A stretch of DNA of 40,423 nt from an uncultured bacterium. Lineage in GTDB: Bacteria; UBP4; UBA4092. The position numbers and the translations under genes were made by a program. The notes beneath the pieces were generated by a model. The model worked only from the letters and a program-made list of their open reading frames with translations, had not been told where the DNA came from and did not search any database. The DNA lies in NCBI GenBank assembly GCA_964644695.1, contig CAZXWN010000009.1, positions 62,001-102,423 on the forward strand. The letters are read 5' to 3'. The stretch's first letter is position 1, and each line of letters opens with the position of its first letter. Shown one piece after another: positions 9,190 through 19,885 of the stretch.

Positions 9190-11628
9190 ATGCCTTTGAA
9201 AAATATGAGAAGTTTAATCAGCAAGCGCGTCGTTTCTTTGATTTTATTGACAATGATATGTCTGGCAGCGGTTGTTTCAGCCCAGACCAATACGGATGGG
9301 AGCAATCCCATAGTTCGATCCCTAGCCGTGGATGGTAATATACGAGTTTCCGCAAAGGAAGTTCTGTCCAAAGTCAGTTTAAAGGTTGGAGACCCCCTGG
9401 ATCGAATCAGTCTTCGTGAAGACATGTCCACTATCTATAAGATGGGATATTTCAACGAAGTGGCGGTTGATGTCAGTGATGTGAAAGACGGGGTTGCCGT
9501 GGTTTTCCTGGTTCGTGAGAATCCAGCCCTGAAAGAGCTGAGTTTTAGCGGGAATCGGGTATTTAAAAGCAAACGGCTTCTGGCTGATTTGAATTTCAAG
9601 TCGGGCGAATTGATATACCGTGATGATTTAATCAACATCTATACCGATAAAATCAAGGAAATATACAAAGCCAAAGATTATATGGTGGATGTTCAGGCCA
9701 AAAAAATTGATTTACCCAGTGGCCAAGTTAAACTGGCCTTTACGATTGAAGAAGTGCGGCGGGGGAAAGTCCGTCAATTAGAGTTTATCGGGAATAAGGC
9801 CCTTTCTGATAAGAAACTAAAGAAAATTGTCGAGTCCAAGAGTTCCTGGTTAATGGTAAGTCACTTCTATGATGAAATGACCTACAAAATGGATTCGGCC
9901 AAAATCGTCCGTGCCTATCAGGATTTAGGTTATGTCTTGATTCAGGTACGGCAGGAAGAACCCAAGCTGGTTCCTGGCAAACGGGGTGTGGCACTTATTT
10001 ATGACATTCAGGAAGGCCCGCGATTCAAGGTCGGCCAAATCAATCTTGAGGGGAATACCTATTTCAGTAATGAATACTTGCTCTCCAAGACGAAATCAAA
10101 AACTGGACAAACCTATTGCCAGAGCCAGGTAGAGAAAGATAATTTGTCGCTGTATGACCAATACGCCAATCAAGGATATGTTACTTCTGATGTGGTCCGG
10201 ATCCCTACCATTGATACGACAAATAAAGTCGTAAATATTGATTACGGTATTCGGGAAAGCCAGCGGTATTATGTGGGTGATGTGAAACACAAAGGAATTC
10301 TCCCTGATAAAGACTTCCTGACCCGCACGGAAAAGGGTTATACCGAAGTCCCTATGAAAACCAAAAATAAAGTGATTGAACGGGAAATTATGCTGGATAC
10401 AGGCGATGTGTTCCGGAAAAGTGAAATTGTGGAATCGCAACGCCGGTTAAACAATCTGGGTTTCTTTGAAAATGTCGTACCTTTCAATCAGCCGACTTTA
10501 TCCGATGACACCATGGACCTGATGCTTTATCTGGTGGAACAGAAACAAACCGGTACCATTCATTATGGTGTCGGGTACAGTACCCAGAAAAAAGCCTTGG
10601 TATTCTTAGATGTCGAAGAACGAAATCTTTTTGGAACGGGTCGTTCTGTTCGAGCTAAAGGTGATTTAGCCATTGAAGGTTCGGAATACTACTTATCATA
10701 TTCGGACCCCTATTTTATGGATACCCGTTTAAAATTTATAGCCAGTCTGATGTATGACAAATTGGACCGGGAAATTGATGGGACACCTTACACACTTGGG
10801 CCGGGAAATGTTATTATCCCGGGTACTGAAGAGAAAACCCATGATTATTCTGAAAACCAGTTTGGCGGTTCGGTGGGATTGTCTTATCCATTAGATCGGT
10901 ATCGTCAGATCAGTTTGGCTTTAGCAGCACGACATATTAAGTTTGAAACCGATGAAGATGGTTATGTGGTCCCGGAACCGTTGGGTCCAGATGACGTCTG
11001 GTCAACGAGTATCACTCCAACATATATTTATGACACGAGGGACAATGTCAATTATCCAACTAAAGGTAATCGACTGGTCATGTCTTCTGAAATTGCAACG
11101 GAGCTCTTGGGCGGTGATATTAATTACGTTAAATTGATGGCAGATTACAGCTACTTCAAGACGCTGACCAAGGACTATATTGCGGCGGTCAGAGTCCGGG
11201 GTGGGTATTTAAAGCCCTTTGGTGGTACCGATGAAGCTCCGATTTCAGAACGATTCTTCCTCGGTGGACCGAATACCCTTCGTGGATTCGATTTCCGTGG
11301 CATTTCGCCCCGTGAAGATTACGTCGACACTGTTAATGGTGAAATTGTGGACCTGGTCAAAGGTGGAGATGTGATGTTCAATCTGAACCTGGAAATCCGT
11401 AAGAAATTAATGGAGCGGGTGGTAGGTTTGGTGTTCCTGGATGCCGGCGCTGTCTGGTCATCCTTTGACGAAATCGATTTAGGTGAAATTCGCTATTCCG
11501 TCGGCCCGGGTGTCATGGTCACTGTCCCTTATATCGGAAATGTTCAGATAGGATATGGGTACACACTCAATAAACAGGAAGGTGATAATGATCAAGGATT
11601 CTATTTCACCTTCGGGAATGTGTTCTAA
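9190..11628 (+). CDS. bamA: Outer membrane protein assembly factor BamA
   Basis: Signal peptide, five POTRA-like repeats (..GN....), barrel with FFLGGPNTLRGF loop motif, C-terminal FYFTFGNVF; upstream of skp and lpxD. Confidence 0.95.
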   Translation: MPLKNMRSLISKRVVSLILLTMICLAAVVSAQTNTDGSNPIVRSLAVDGNIRVSAKEVLSKVSLKVGDPLDRISLREDMSTIYKMGYFNEVAVDVSDVKDGVAVVFLVRENPALKELSFSGNRVFKSKRLLADLNFKSGELIYRDDLINIYTDKIKEIYKAKDYMVDVQAKKIDLPSGQVKLAFTIEEVRRGKVRQLEFIGNKALSDKKLKKIVESKSSWLMVSHFYDEMTYKMDSAKIVRAYQDLGYVLIQVRQEEPKLVPGKRGVALIYDIQEGPRFKVGQINLEGNTYFSNEYLLSKTKSKTGQTYCQSQVEKDNLSLYDQYANQGYVTSDVVRIPTIDTTNKVVNIDYGIRESQRYYVGDVKHKGILPDKDFLTRTEKGYTEVPMKTKNKVIEREIMLDTGDVFRKSEIVESQRRLNNLGFFENVVPFNQPTLSDDTMDLMLYLVEQKQTGTIHYGVGYSTQKKALVFLDVEERNLFGTGRSVRAKGDLAIEGSEYYLSYSDPYFMDTRLKFIASLMYDKLDREIDGTPYTLGPGNVIIPGTEEKTHDYSENQFGGSVGLSYPLDRYRQISLALAARHIKFETDEDGYVVPEPLGPDDVWSTSITPTYIYDTRDNVNYPTKGNRLVMSSEIATELLGGDINYVKLMADYSYFKTLTKDYIAAVRVRGGYLKPFGGTDEAPISERFFLGGPNTLRGFDFRGISPREDYVDTVNGEIVDLVKGGDVMFNLNLEIRKKLMERVVGLVFLDAGAVWSSFDEIDLGEIRYSVGPGVMVTVPYIGNVQIGYGYTLNKQEGDNDQGFYFTFGNVF

Positions 11629-11681
11629 ATCAGTTTGAGTTATACTAATTAAGATAAGCTCAATTTTGAGGAAGGTATAAT

Positions 11682-12284
11682 ATGCGTAAGGTTAAGTTAT
11701 TGTTGATTTTAGTCGTTACTCTCGTAATGACAGCTGTTTTAGCTACATCAGGTATGGCTCAGGAAGCCAAATCTGCCCAGAAATTTGCCATTTTAAGTGT
11801 TCGGGATGTCTTTAATAGTTATCCTGATCGCCAGCCATTTATTGATAAGTACTCTGATAAAGAAGTGGAAATGCAAGGTAATCTGAGTGCAATTGACAGT
11901 ACTTTTAAGGCGTTACTGAAGAAACAAAAAACAATGCCGGATGCCAATTATAAAGCTGCCGCAGAAAAATTAGCCGACCAGCAGAAGAAAGCTATGGATG
12001 CTTACCGGAAATTTGCGGAAGAGAAAAAAGCGGCGACAGACGCTATGCAGAAAGAATTTAATGCAGCGTTAAAAGAAGCCTGTGCCAAAGTTGCTAAGGA
12101 AAAAGGCGTCGATTTTATATTAGACTCATTCTTTGTGACGTATTGTGTTAATGAAGAAGCTTATGATGTTACGAATCAGGTAATCGCAGAAGTGAAAAGG
12201 ATTCATGCTGAGTCCAGTAAAACTGCACCATCTGCTGATACAGCCAAAACCCAAAAAACTCCTGCTCCGAAAGCCAGCAAGTAA
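11682..12284 (+). CDS. skp: OmpH/Skp periplasmic chaperone
   Basis: Signal peptide, basic coiled coil, VAKEKGVDFILD and DVTNQVI motifs; lies between bamA and lpxD. Confidence 0.85.
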   Translation: MRKVKLLLILVVTLVMTAVLATSGMAQEAKSAQKFAILSVRDVFNSYPDRQPFIDKYSDKEVEMQGNLSAIDSTFKALLKKQKTMPDANYKAAAEKLADQQKKAMDAYRKFAEEKKAATDAMQKEFNAALKEACAKVAKEKGVDFILDSFFVTYCVNEEAYDVTNQVIAEVKRIHAESSKTAPSADTAKTQKTPAPKASK

Positions 12285-12327
12285 TATCAGCTGCGTACTT
12301 TGAGGACAGAAAACATAAAGGTGTCTG

Positions 12328-13386
12328 ATGGCGATAAAAGCAGGTGAACTGGCCAAACATATCGGGGCTGTGTGCGAAGGAAACCCGGATGTTGAACTGG
12401 ATGGAATCTCGGGTGTCAAGGAAGCGACTCCGGGAGATTTGACCTTTGTAGTCCAGGCAAAGTATTTGGCCGATTTAAAAGATTCGAAGGCTTCTGCTGT
12501 GATTGCTCCACCCCAAATGGAAGTGGAGTTTCCGTGTATTATCCGTGCTCCGCAAGCTCGGTTAGCGTTAGTCAAGGCGATTGAGCTGCTGACTCCCCGG
12601 GAATGCCCTCCAGAATCCATGCAAATGGGCGTTCATCCCTTATCATTTATTGGTAAAGATGTTAAGTTGGGTGAAGGGGTCTGTATCGGGCCTCTGGCAA
12701 TTGTGGAGGACTGTGCCGAGATAGGAAACAATACCCTCATCCATTCTGGTGCATATGTGGGGCGTTGCAGTAAAATCGGTAAAGATTGCAAGATATATCC
12801 GAACGTCACTGTTCGCGAAGAAGTGACTATTGGTGACCGAGTGATTTTACATTCTGGGACCGTTATCGGTGCTGATGGTTTTGGATATACAAAAGAAGAA
12901 GGTATTCACTACAAAATCCCACAGCGGGGAACCGTGGTTATTGAGGATGATGTAGAAATGGGTGCTAATGTGACCGTGGACCGGGCGACATTTGGCCGGA
13001 CATGGATCAAAAAAGGCATCAAAATAGATAATCTGGTCCATATCGCACACAATGTCATTATTGGCGAAAACACGATTATTGTTGCTCAGACAGGGATTGC
13101 CGGTTCAACCGAACTGGGCAAGAATGTCACCTTGGCGGGTCAGGTAGCAGTTACAGACCATGTCAAAATTGGTGACAACGCAATTGTTACGGGTCGTAGT
13201 GCAGTCTCTAAGAATATTCCTCCGGGAATCATTGTATCTGGCCATCCAGCTATTGCCCAAAAGGATGATCAGCGGATCCGCGCCAATTTATCCCGATTAC
13301 CCAGTATGGCAAAACGGTTGAAGGAATTGGAAGAGAAAGTCGCTGAATTGACCGAACGGTTAGAACGCGAAACCCTCGAACGATAA
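12328..13386 (+). CDS. lpxD: UDP-3-O-acylglucosamine N-acyltransferase
   Basis: Hexapeptide repeats, [25 protein letters not shown]. Confidence 0.97.
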   Translation: MAIKAGELAKHIGAVCEGNPDVELDGISGVKEATPGDLTFVVQAKYLADLKDSKASAVIAPPQMEVEFPCIIRAPQARLALVKAIELLTPRECPPESMQMGVHPLSFIGKDVKLGEGVCIGPLAIVEDCAEIGNNTLIHSGAYVGRCSKIGKDCKIYPNVTVREEVTIGDRVILHSGTVIGADGFGYTKEEGIHYKIPQRGTVVIEDDVEMGANVTVDRATFGRTWIKKGIKIDNLVHIAHNVIIGENTIIVAQTGIAGSTELGKNVTLAGQVAVTDHVKIGDNAIVTGRSAVSKNIPPGIIVSGHPAIAQKDDQRIRANLSRLPSMAKRLKELEEKVAELTERLERETLER

Positions 13387-13406
13387 TTTATTTCTGAAAC
13401 GGTATT

Positions 13407-14756
13407 ATGGAAAAACAGAGAACACTAGCTACCTCCGCCCAATATTCTGGAATCGGACTACACACAGGTAACCATACAACAGTAACCTTTAAACCTGCGG
13501 AAGCTAATACAGGTATTTGTTTTGTTCGTACGGATTTACCAGAACCTGTCGTTATCCCTGCAACGGTAGAAAATGTTACCCTGACTCTACGCGGGACCAC
13601 TTTGGGAATTGGGGATGTCATTGTTCATACAGTGGAACATGTGATGGCTTCATTACATGGACTGGGTGTGGATAATGCGATTGTGGAAATTGACAGCAAT
13701 GAACCTCCTGCCGGAGATGGAAGTGCTCTTCCTTTTGTGGAAGCCATATTAAATGCTGGAATTGTTGAGCAGAATGCTATCCGGCGATATATCAATGTCG
13801 AGCAGCCTATCTGGTTGTCGGATAAAGATACTCACCTGGTCGTTTTACCGGATGACGACTTTAAGATTACCTTCACCGTTGATTATCATCATCCATTATT
13901 GAAATCACAGTATGGGTCTTTTACGATTGATAAAGAGACCTTCCAACGAGAGATAGCGCCTGCCCGGACTTACGGTTTCCTTTCTGAAGTAGAGGAACTG
14001 AAGGCCCAGGGATTAATTAAGGGCGGAAGTTTAGATAATGCGGTCGTCATTGCAGATGACCGGATATTGAATGATCACTTACGATTTGATGATGAGTTTG
14101 TTCGTCATAAAATATTGGATCTGATTGGGGATATGTTCCTGATTGGTCATCCTCTTAAATGCCATCTGGTCGTCGCCCGCTCTGGACACAAATCCAATGT
14201 GGAGTTGGCCAAGAAACTACGGAAATATATGGATGATAAAACCAAGCAGACTCGTTTAGTGACCGCCAAAGCCCAACCGGAAGTGCCGGAATTACCCAAA
14301 GTAAATGTCAGTCTTCCGACAGAACTCCCCATCACTCAAGATTTCATACAAAAGATACTCCCCCATCGTTACCCATTCCTGCTCGTAGATAAAATCGTGG
14401 AAATGGAAGATATGCGTGCGGTTGCCGTTAAGTGTGTCACCGTAAATGAGCCGTTCTTTCAAGGCCATTTCCCGGGACACCCAATCATGCCCGGCGTATT
14501 AATTATTGAAGCTATGGCTCAGACAACAGGCGTTTTAATGTTAGCGAAGCCGGAGCATGCCAATAAGTTGGCCTATCTGATGGGGGTTGAGAGCGCAAAG
14601 TTCCGTCGTCCAGTGGTACCTGGAGACCAGTTGAAATTAGAAGTTGTTGTGCTGAAAGCCAAAGGCCGTTCAGGAAAGGCCAAGGGTACAGCCACTGTGG
14701 ATGGGAAAGTTGTGGCCGAAGCCGAGATGTCTTTTGCACTAATTGAGACAAATTAA
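13407..14756 (+). CDS. lpxC/fabZ: Bifunctional LpxC-FabZ fusion
   Basis: LpxC motifs QRTL, GIGLHTG, TVEH, RHKILDLIGD; FabZ motifs LPHRYPFLLVD, FFQGHFP..PIMPGVLIIEAMAQ. Confidence 0.97.
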   Translation: MEKQRTLATSAQYSGIGLHTGNHTTVTFKPAEANTGICFVRTDLPEPVVIPATVENVTLTLRGTTLGIGDVIVHTVEHVMASLHGLGVDNAIVEIDSNEPPAGDGSALPFVEAILNAGIVEQNAIRRYINVEQPIWLSDKDTHLVVLPDDDFKITFTVDYHHPLLKSQYGSFTIDKETFQREIAPARTYGFLSEVEELKAQGLIKGGSLDNAVVIADDRILNDHLRFDDEFVRHKILDLIGDMFLIGHPLKCHLVVARSGHKSNVELAKKLRKYMDDKTKQTRLVTAKAQPEVPELPKVNVSLPTELPITQDFIQKILPHRYPFLLVDKIVEMEDMRAVAVKCVTVNEPFFQGHFPGHPIMPGVLIIEAMAQTTGVLMLAKPEHANKLAYLMGVESAKFRRPVVPGDQLKLEVVVLKAKGRSGKAKGTATVDGKVVAEAEMSFALIETN

Positions 14757-14794
14757 TACATCCACTGGTAATTTGTATTATCTGAAAATTGAGA

Positions 14795-14831
14795 GAGGGA
14801 CAATAACGACAGGTTATTGTCCTTCGTTTTT
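14795..14831 (+). terminator. Intrinsic terminator-like hairpin after lpxC-fabZ
   Basis: GAGGGACAATAAC-GACAG-GTTATTGTCCTTC followed by GTTTTT. Confidence 0.65.
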
Positions 14832-14863
14832 AAGAAGAAATATCGAGGAGAGGAGATACAATT

Positions 14864-15919
14864 ATGTATAACATAGCTGTTATTGGCGGCGATGGTATTG
14901 GACCGGAAGTAGTTCGTGAAGGGCTTAAGGTCCTGAATGCGGTTGCTCCCCTGGAAAACATCAAGTACCAACTGCACAATTTTGATATTGGTTCTCAACG
15001 GTATCTGAAGACGGGCGAATTGTTACCGGATTCAGTTATGGATGAACTGCGGAAGATGGACGCCATTTACTTTGGTGCCATCGGCAGTCTCGATGTGAAA
15101 CCCGGTGTTTTGGAACGGGGTATCCTTCTGAAGATGCGGTTTGATTTTGACCAGTACATAAACTTACGTCCCATAAAACTTTATGATTCCCGATTCTGTC
15201 CTCTGAAAGATAAAAACCCGGAAGACATTGATATGGTTTTTGTCCGCGAAAACACGGAAGGTGCCTATGTCGGTGTCGGGGGTGTGTTTAAAAAAGACAC
15301 TCCAGATGAAGTGGCAGTTCAGGAAGACGTAAACACCCGTAAAGGGGTGGATCGTTGTATCCGGTATGCCTTTGAATATGCCCGGAAACGCAATCGCAAA
15401 AAACAACTGACCCTGTGCGATAAATCCAATGTCCTTACCTATGCCCATGACCTGTGGCAGCGTTCATTCAAAACCATGAGCTCCGAATATCCAGACATCA
15501 AGACCAATCATGCCTTTGTGGATGCTTTAGCAATGTTCATGATTAAGAATCCTGAATGGTATGATGTGGTAGTGACCAACAATATGTTTGGTGATATTTT
15601 GACGGACCTGGGTGCCATTATCCAGGGTGGAATGGGTGTGGCAGCCTCCGGTAACATTAATCCGGAAGGTGTCTCCATGTTTGAGCCAGTTCATGGCTCT
15701 GCCCCCCAATATACTGGCAAAAATGTTGCCAACCCGATTGCAGCCATCGCTGCTGTCAGTATGATGTTGGATCATCTGGGAGAACAAAAAGCATCAGCCC
15801 GGATTGAAAAAGCCATCAGTACGGTTATCACTGGGGGCCAGTTGCCGACCCTGGATTTATCTGAAAATCCTGGAACGGCGGGTATGGGTGATTTAGTGGC
15901 AGAGGAAGCTACAAGGTAG
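14864..15919 (+). CDS. leuB: 3-isopropylmalate dehydrogenase (beta-decarboxylating dehydrogenase family)
   Basis: [39 protein letters not shown]. Tartrate/D-malate dehydrogenase is not excluded because leuCD are absent. Confidence 0.75.
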   Translation: MYNIAVIGGDGIGPEVVREGLKVLNAVAPLENIKYQLHNFDIGSQRYLKTGELLPDSVMDELRKMDAIYFGAIGSLDVKPGVLERGILLKMRFDFDQYINLRPIKLYDSRFCPLKDKNPEDIDMVFVRENTEGAYVGVGGVFKKDTPDEVAVQEDVNTRKGVDRCIRYAFEYARKRNRKKQLTLCDKSNVLTYAHDLWQRSFKTMSSEYPDIKTNHAFVDALAMFMIKNPEWYDVVVTNNMFGDILTDLGAIIQGGMGVAASGNINPEGVSMFEPVHGSAPQYTGKNVANPIAAIAAVSMMLDHLGEQKASARIEKAISTVITGGQLPTLDLSENPGTAGMGDLVAEEATR

Positions 15920-15967
15920 AAAATAAAATAAATACGGTGATTGCAACCTGTTACCTAAAAAACCTTG

Positions 15968-15976
15968 TGCTATAAT
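15968..15976 (+). promoter_or_regulatory. Extended -10 promoter
   Basis: Perfect TGnTATAAT about 40 nt upstream of the small ORF. Confidence 0.55.
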
Positions 15977-16017
15977 TTGGTGTGTGGTTACCGTAAAAGA
16001 CGGAAAGTAAAGACACA

Positions 16018-16206
16018 ATGTCACAATTTTGGATATATTTTTTAATAGGTTATGTAAGTTTCAGTTTAGGTATCATAATTGGATGCCTTATTATGATGCG
16101 TGGTGACGATACTCCGGAAGAACCGGAAACTGTCAATGAAAAGACTGAGACCGAGCCGATTAAAAGTAAAGCGGATGAAGTAACCAATAGTTTGCAATCT
16201 TCGTAA
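16018..16206 (+). CDS. Small single-pass membrane protein with an acidic tail
   Basis: N-terminal TM helix, E/T-rich tail, flanked by a candidate promoter and a terminator. Confidence 0.65.
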   Translation: MSQFWIYFLIGYVSFSLGIIIGCLIMMRGDDTPEEPETVNEKTETEPIKSKADEVTNSLQSS

Positions 16207-16233
16207 GTAGTCTTTCAATAAAACTGTGATTTG

Positions 16234-16272
16234 AAAGCAGGATGAGACCTGAAAGTCTCATCCTGCTTTTTT
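16234..16272 (+). terminator. Intrinsic terminator
   Basis: AAAGCAGGATGAGAC-CTGAAA-GTCTCATCCTGCTTT followed by a T run. Confidence 0.9.
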
Positions 16273-16421
16273 ATTTGAATTATTATCGCCTGGAAAAAAT
16301 AGGATTTGAGGAGTAGAATACAAAATGATTTTAACCGTCATTAACTAATCATCGGAATTGATTTGTTGAAGAACGAATCCGTAAAGTAAACAGTGAAAGA
16401 AGAAAGATGGAGGATTTCGAA

Positions 16422-19400
16422 ATGGTGCGGATGAAAATTTGGGTTTTGGGTTGTCTGGTAACACTTCTGTTCTTGGCGACATCAGTCCATGCTATTCCCG
16501 CGGCAACAATAATGTGGTCGTCGTATTTTGGTGACACCACCGAAGATGGGGGTGGAGTGGGTGTTGATACTTCAGGAAATCTATATTATATAGGTGAAAC
16601 CTATGCCGGTTGGTCGAGTGGCGCCACAGGAGGAGATGTCTTTGTTGTGAAGGTGAATCCCTCCGGAGCAACAACATGGAATGTGCTGGTGGGTGGTGTC
16701 AATGATGAATGCATGAACAATGCAACTTTAGATGCGGCTGGTAATGTCTATATTGTTGGAGACACTCTGTCCGCAGGGTGGATAAAAAATGGGTATGATA
16801 CGACTTACAACGGAGGAAGTGATTGGGGTGATGGATATGTCATGAAAATCAGCCCGACGGGAACTGTACTCTGGTCTTCTTATATCGGTGGAGCCGGTGA
16901 AGATGGTGCTTACGGAGTGGCTGTTGACAGTGCCGGGAATGTATTTGTATCGGGCCATACACAATCGTCTGGATGGGCAAAGAATGGTTATGATACGACA
17001 TTCAATGGGGGTACCTGGGATGGTTATTTAGCCAAGTTTAATTCATCCGGGAACATGCTCTGGTCAACTTACATTGGCGGCAGCGCCGATGAAGAAGGGG
17101 GATGGGTCACGGTAGATAAGGCAGGAAATGCCTACATGACCGGAGTGACAGCCTCCTCTGGATGGACCAGTCTTGGAACTTACGTTGGGGGCGTCAGCGA
17201 TGCGTATATTGCCAAAGTAAACGCCAATGGCTCGCTAGGGTGGACCAAATGTTATGGCGGCAATAATGATGACCGGGGGCATGGAATCGCTATTGACCCG
17301 ACAGATACCTACCTCTATTTATCCGGTAGAACAAAATCTGCTGGCGGGTGGATTGTTGGTTATTATGATTCAAATTACAGTAACCATGATGCGTTTGTTC
17401 TGAAACTGAAAGCAAGTAATGGTGCATATCAGTGGGGTACTTATTTAGGTGGTGATCAGGAAGATGAAGCTTATGGTCTTGCTGTAAATAAAAATGGCGA
17501 TGTATTTGTCTGTGGATATACTCAGTCGGCGGATTGGACTTCCATGGGACCGGACACCAGCATTAACGGTCAGGATGATGGTTTTGTGGCTAAATTATCC
17601 TCAAGTGGTTCTCTGGTGTGGTCAACTTATCTGGGCGGCTCCAATAATGACCATGCGTATCGTATTGTTGTAACCGATGATTCAAAAGTTTTTGTGTCAG
17701 GATACACTTACTCTGCCGGCTGGACTGTCGATGGTTTTGATACGGATTTGGGTGGAGCCTCAGATGGTTTTGTCGTGAAAATAAATGATTACTATGTGGG
17801 TGGACTGCAAATCAATATTTCACCGAGAGAAGCAGTACTTGCAGGCGGTAAATGGGGTTACGGTTATGAACCAGAATGGCATGACAGCGGAGAATTGCGT
17901 GATTCCATGATTGCAGGCTTTCATGAGATTACCCTGAAACCCCTGCCGGGGTGGATCAGTTCCACAAGTTATAACTTATTCAACGATATAATTGTTTCCT
18001 CAAATGCGACGGTGGTCAGAACTTTAGGTTATGAAAGAGTTTTGCCAGACCTGAAATTATACGTTGGCGAATCGCTGCCGAAGGCTTTCCTGTTAAGCGA
18101 TTATGGATATGGAGTTACTTCCACTTATGCCCTGAATAATTTCCTGGGTTTAGTTGGATTGAGTGGAGATACTATTCAACAAAGCGCTTATTCACTGGCA
18201 ACCTCTGGCGTCAATACTTTACGGTACGACCATTGTGGAATAAAAGACTCCAACTATGCGGTTAAATATTCGACCTACAAGATGGATAAACTTCCGAAAG
18301 TTGGGATCAGCCCCAATCAAACTATCCAGCTTAATATTGCCCGGTATTGCCATGACAGTTCAGGCCCAGCGATTCCTCCCACCTTTGGGTCTTCCGGAGC
18401 CTTGTGGGTTGAGGATACAACCAAAATATCAGCCTCCTGGTTGGATGATTCCACCATACAGATTACAGCGAACGGGTCCTTTAACGGGGTGGCACCGATT
18501 ACCATTACTGCAGGTACAGGTGATGAAACAGATGTCGATAGGGAAAAACTGAATGTCTATTGTAATCTTCTGACCGTGGGCCAAATTACTGTGAATGCAA
18601 ACTTGAGTGCTTTTGGAACAGAATTGATGGAAGGTTACAATACGATGCCGACCGTAGGGTTTGTGGATTCGATTGCTGACCCGGAAGGAACGGTTGCTCA
18701 GGGACTAATGGCACTGTCCTTCTACACGACTCAACAGGTTATCAAAATTACTCCTAACCTGAGTAATGCCGTCAATTACGAAAGTAATACCTGGTACATT
18801 GCCAGAATGAGAGTGTATTCCCCCAATTATGAGTCCTCGATTGAGGGCCATTTATTCCACTTCTGTGGAATTCCCGGTTCGGCCAGTACCGTGGACCTGT
18901 CAGCAAATATCCTCTTTGGTCTGACAAGTACCTGGACCTGGATTGAAGCCCCTCTCTATGCGACCAGCTCCTCACAGGGATTCCCACAAATTATTTTCAA
19001 AAATGGAAATAATCTGGGAACGGTTTTCATTGATGACATTCAAATCATCAAAGCCTCTCCGGACATTATGGATTCCGGTCGTGGAAATATCAACTATCGG
19101 TTCCCCTATCGGTTTGTCGATTCATTGTCAGACCTGGCTCTGGGCTGGTCTACAACAGAACCCTATCCCGGTTTGACTTATCTGGCTTCTTTGAGCGCCT
19201 CCTCTGGAAAACTGAATGTTAATTTTGCAGGAGCGGGCGCGGATATGAACCAGAAGGGTATGAAGCTGACGGCAACCAAGACTACAGGTGGAGTTATAAC
19301 GCCTGTGTCTAATCGAGATTATGAAGTGGGTATGAAACTTTACATGAATATGGAAAGTGGCATCTTCAACAGTTATGACTCGATTATCCTGCAGGCCTGT

Positions 19401-19640
19401 TATGGAGTTCCATCCGATGGGTCATATGATTTCTGGAGTGTGGGTGGACAGTTAATGGCTTCTGCCCAGTTCGGTGTTTTAACTCCGGGATATCATTACA
19501 TTATTGGCCGGGGACGGAATCAGTATCATCAATTCCAGTTCTGTGCCAAGAACAGTCAGGCGGGAGTCTTGTCCTTCGAAGATATGGACTTTATTCGGGA
19601 TATGGATGATCCATATTATGGGGACAGTGAAAATTATTAA
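16422..19640 (+). CDS. Large secreted protein with SBBP-type beta-propeller repeats and unassigned C-terminal beta domains
   Basis: Signal peptide ending VHA; about 7 repeats of WSTYLGG...D.AYG.AVD..GNV.V.G.T.S...D.FV.K; GGAGG RBS favours ATG 16422. Confidence 0.85.
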   Translation: MVRMKIWVLGCLVTLLFLATSVHAIPAATIMWSSYFGDTTEDGGGVGVDTSGNLYYIGETYAGWSSGATGGDVFVVKVNPSGATTWNVLVGGVNDECMNNATLDAAGNVYIVGDTLSAGWIKNGYDTTYNGGSDWGDGYVMKISPTGTVLWSSYIGGAGEDGAYGVAVDSAGNVFVSGHTQSSGWAKNGYDTTFNGGTWDGYLAKFNSSGNMLWSTYIGGSADEEGGWVTVDKAGNAYMTGVTASSGWTSLGTYVGGVSDAYIAKVNANGSLGWTKCYGGNNDDRGHGIAIDPTDTYLYLSGRTKSAGGWIVGYYDSNYSNHDAFVLKLKASNGAYQWGTYLGGDQEDEAYGLAVNKNGDVFVCGYTQSADWTSMGPDTSINGQDDGFVAKLSSSGSLVWSTYLGGSNNDHAYRIVVTDDSKVFVSGYTYSAGWTVDGFDTDLGGASDGFVVKINDYYVGGLQINISPREAVLAGGKWGYGYEPEWHDSGELRDSMIAGFHEITLKPLPGWISSTSYNLFNDIIVSSNATVVRTLGYERVLPDLKLYVGESLPKAFLLSDYGYGVTSTYALNNFLGLVGLSGDTIQQSAYSLATSGVNTLRYDHCGIKDSNYAVKYSTYKMDKLPKVGISPNQTIQLNIARYCHDSSGPAIPPTFGSSGALWVEDTTKISASWLDDSTIQITANGSFNGVAPITITAGTGDETDVDREKLNVYCNLLTVGQITVNANLSAFGTELMEGYNTMPTVGFVDSIADPEGTVAQGLMALSFYTTQQVIKITPNLSNAVNYESNTWYIARMRVYSPNYESSIEGHLFHFCGIPGSASTVDLSANILFGLTSTWTWIEAPLYATSSSQGFPQIIFKNGNNLGTVFIDDIQIIKASPDIMDSGRGNINYRFPYRFVDSLSDLALGWSTTEPYPGLTYLASLSASSGKLNVNFAGAGADMNQKGMKLTATKTTGGVITPVSNRDYEVGMKLYMNMESGIFNSYDSIILQACYGVPSDGSYDFWSVGGQLMASAQFGVLTPGYHYIIGRGRNQYHQFQFCAKNSQAGVLSFEDMDFIRDMDDPYYGDSENY

Positions 19641-19667
19641 GTTATAAAAATCAAAATGCTCACTGCA

Positions 19668-19703
19668 AAATAAAGCGGTTGTCGTCAGGCAGCCGCTTTA
19701 TTT
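19668..19703 (+). terminator. Terminator-like hairpin
   Basis: AAATAAAGCGGTTGTC-GTCA-GGCAGCCGCTTTATTT. Confidence 0.7.
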
Positions 19704-19737
19704 ATGCCGCAGAAACCAGGTCATTCCGTGATTTTGA

Positions 19738-19782
19738 CGAATCATCCACGGAGTTGGTCGGAGCAGCTCCGTGGGTGCTTCG
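19738..19782. repeat. 45-bp palindromic intergenic repeat, copy 2
   Basis: CGAATCATCCACGGAG-TTGGTCGGAGCAG-CTCCGTGGGTGCTTCG. Confidence 0.85.
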
Positions 19783-19849
19783 ATAGTCGAGGAGAAATCA
19801 AATGGTTACAGGAGGTCTTATCCAAAACGATAAAAAAGGATAGATTTGA

Positions 19850-19879
19850 TTGACAGTATCTCGAGATTCAACCGATAAT
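19850..19879 (+). promoter_or_regulatory. rnpB promoter
   Basis: TTGACA-N18-GATAAT ending about 7 nt before helix P1. Confidence 0.65.
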
Positions 19880-19885
19880 GAAAAC

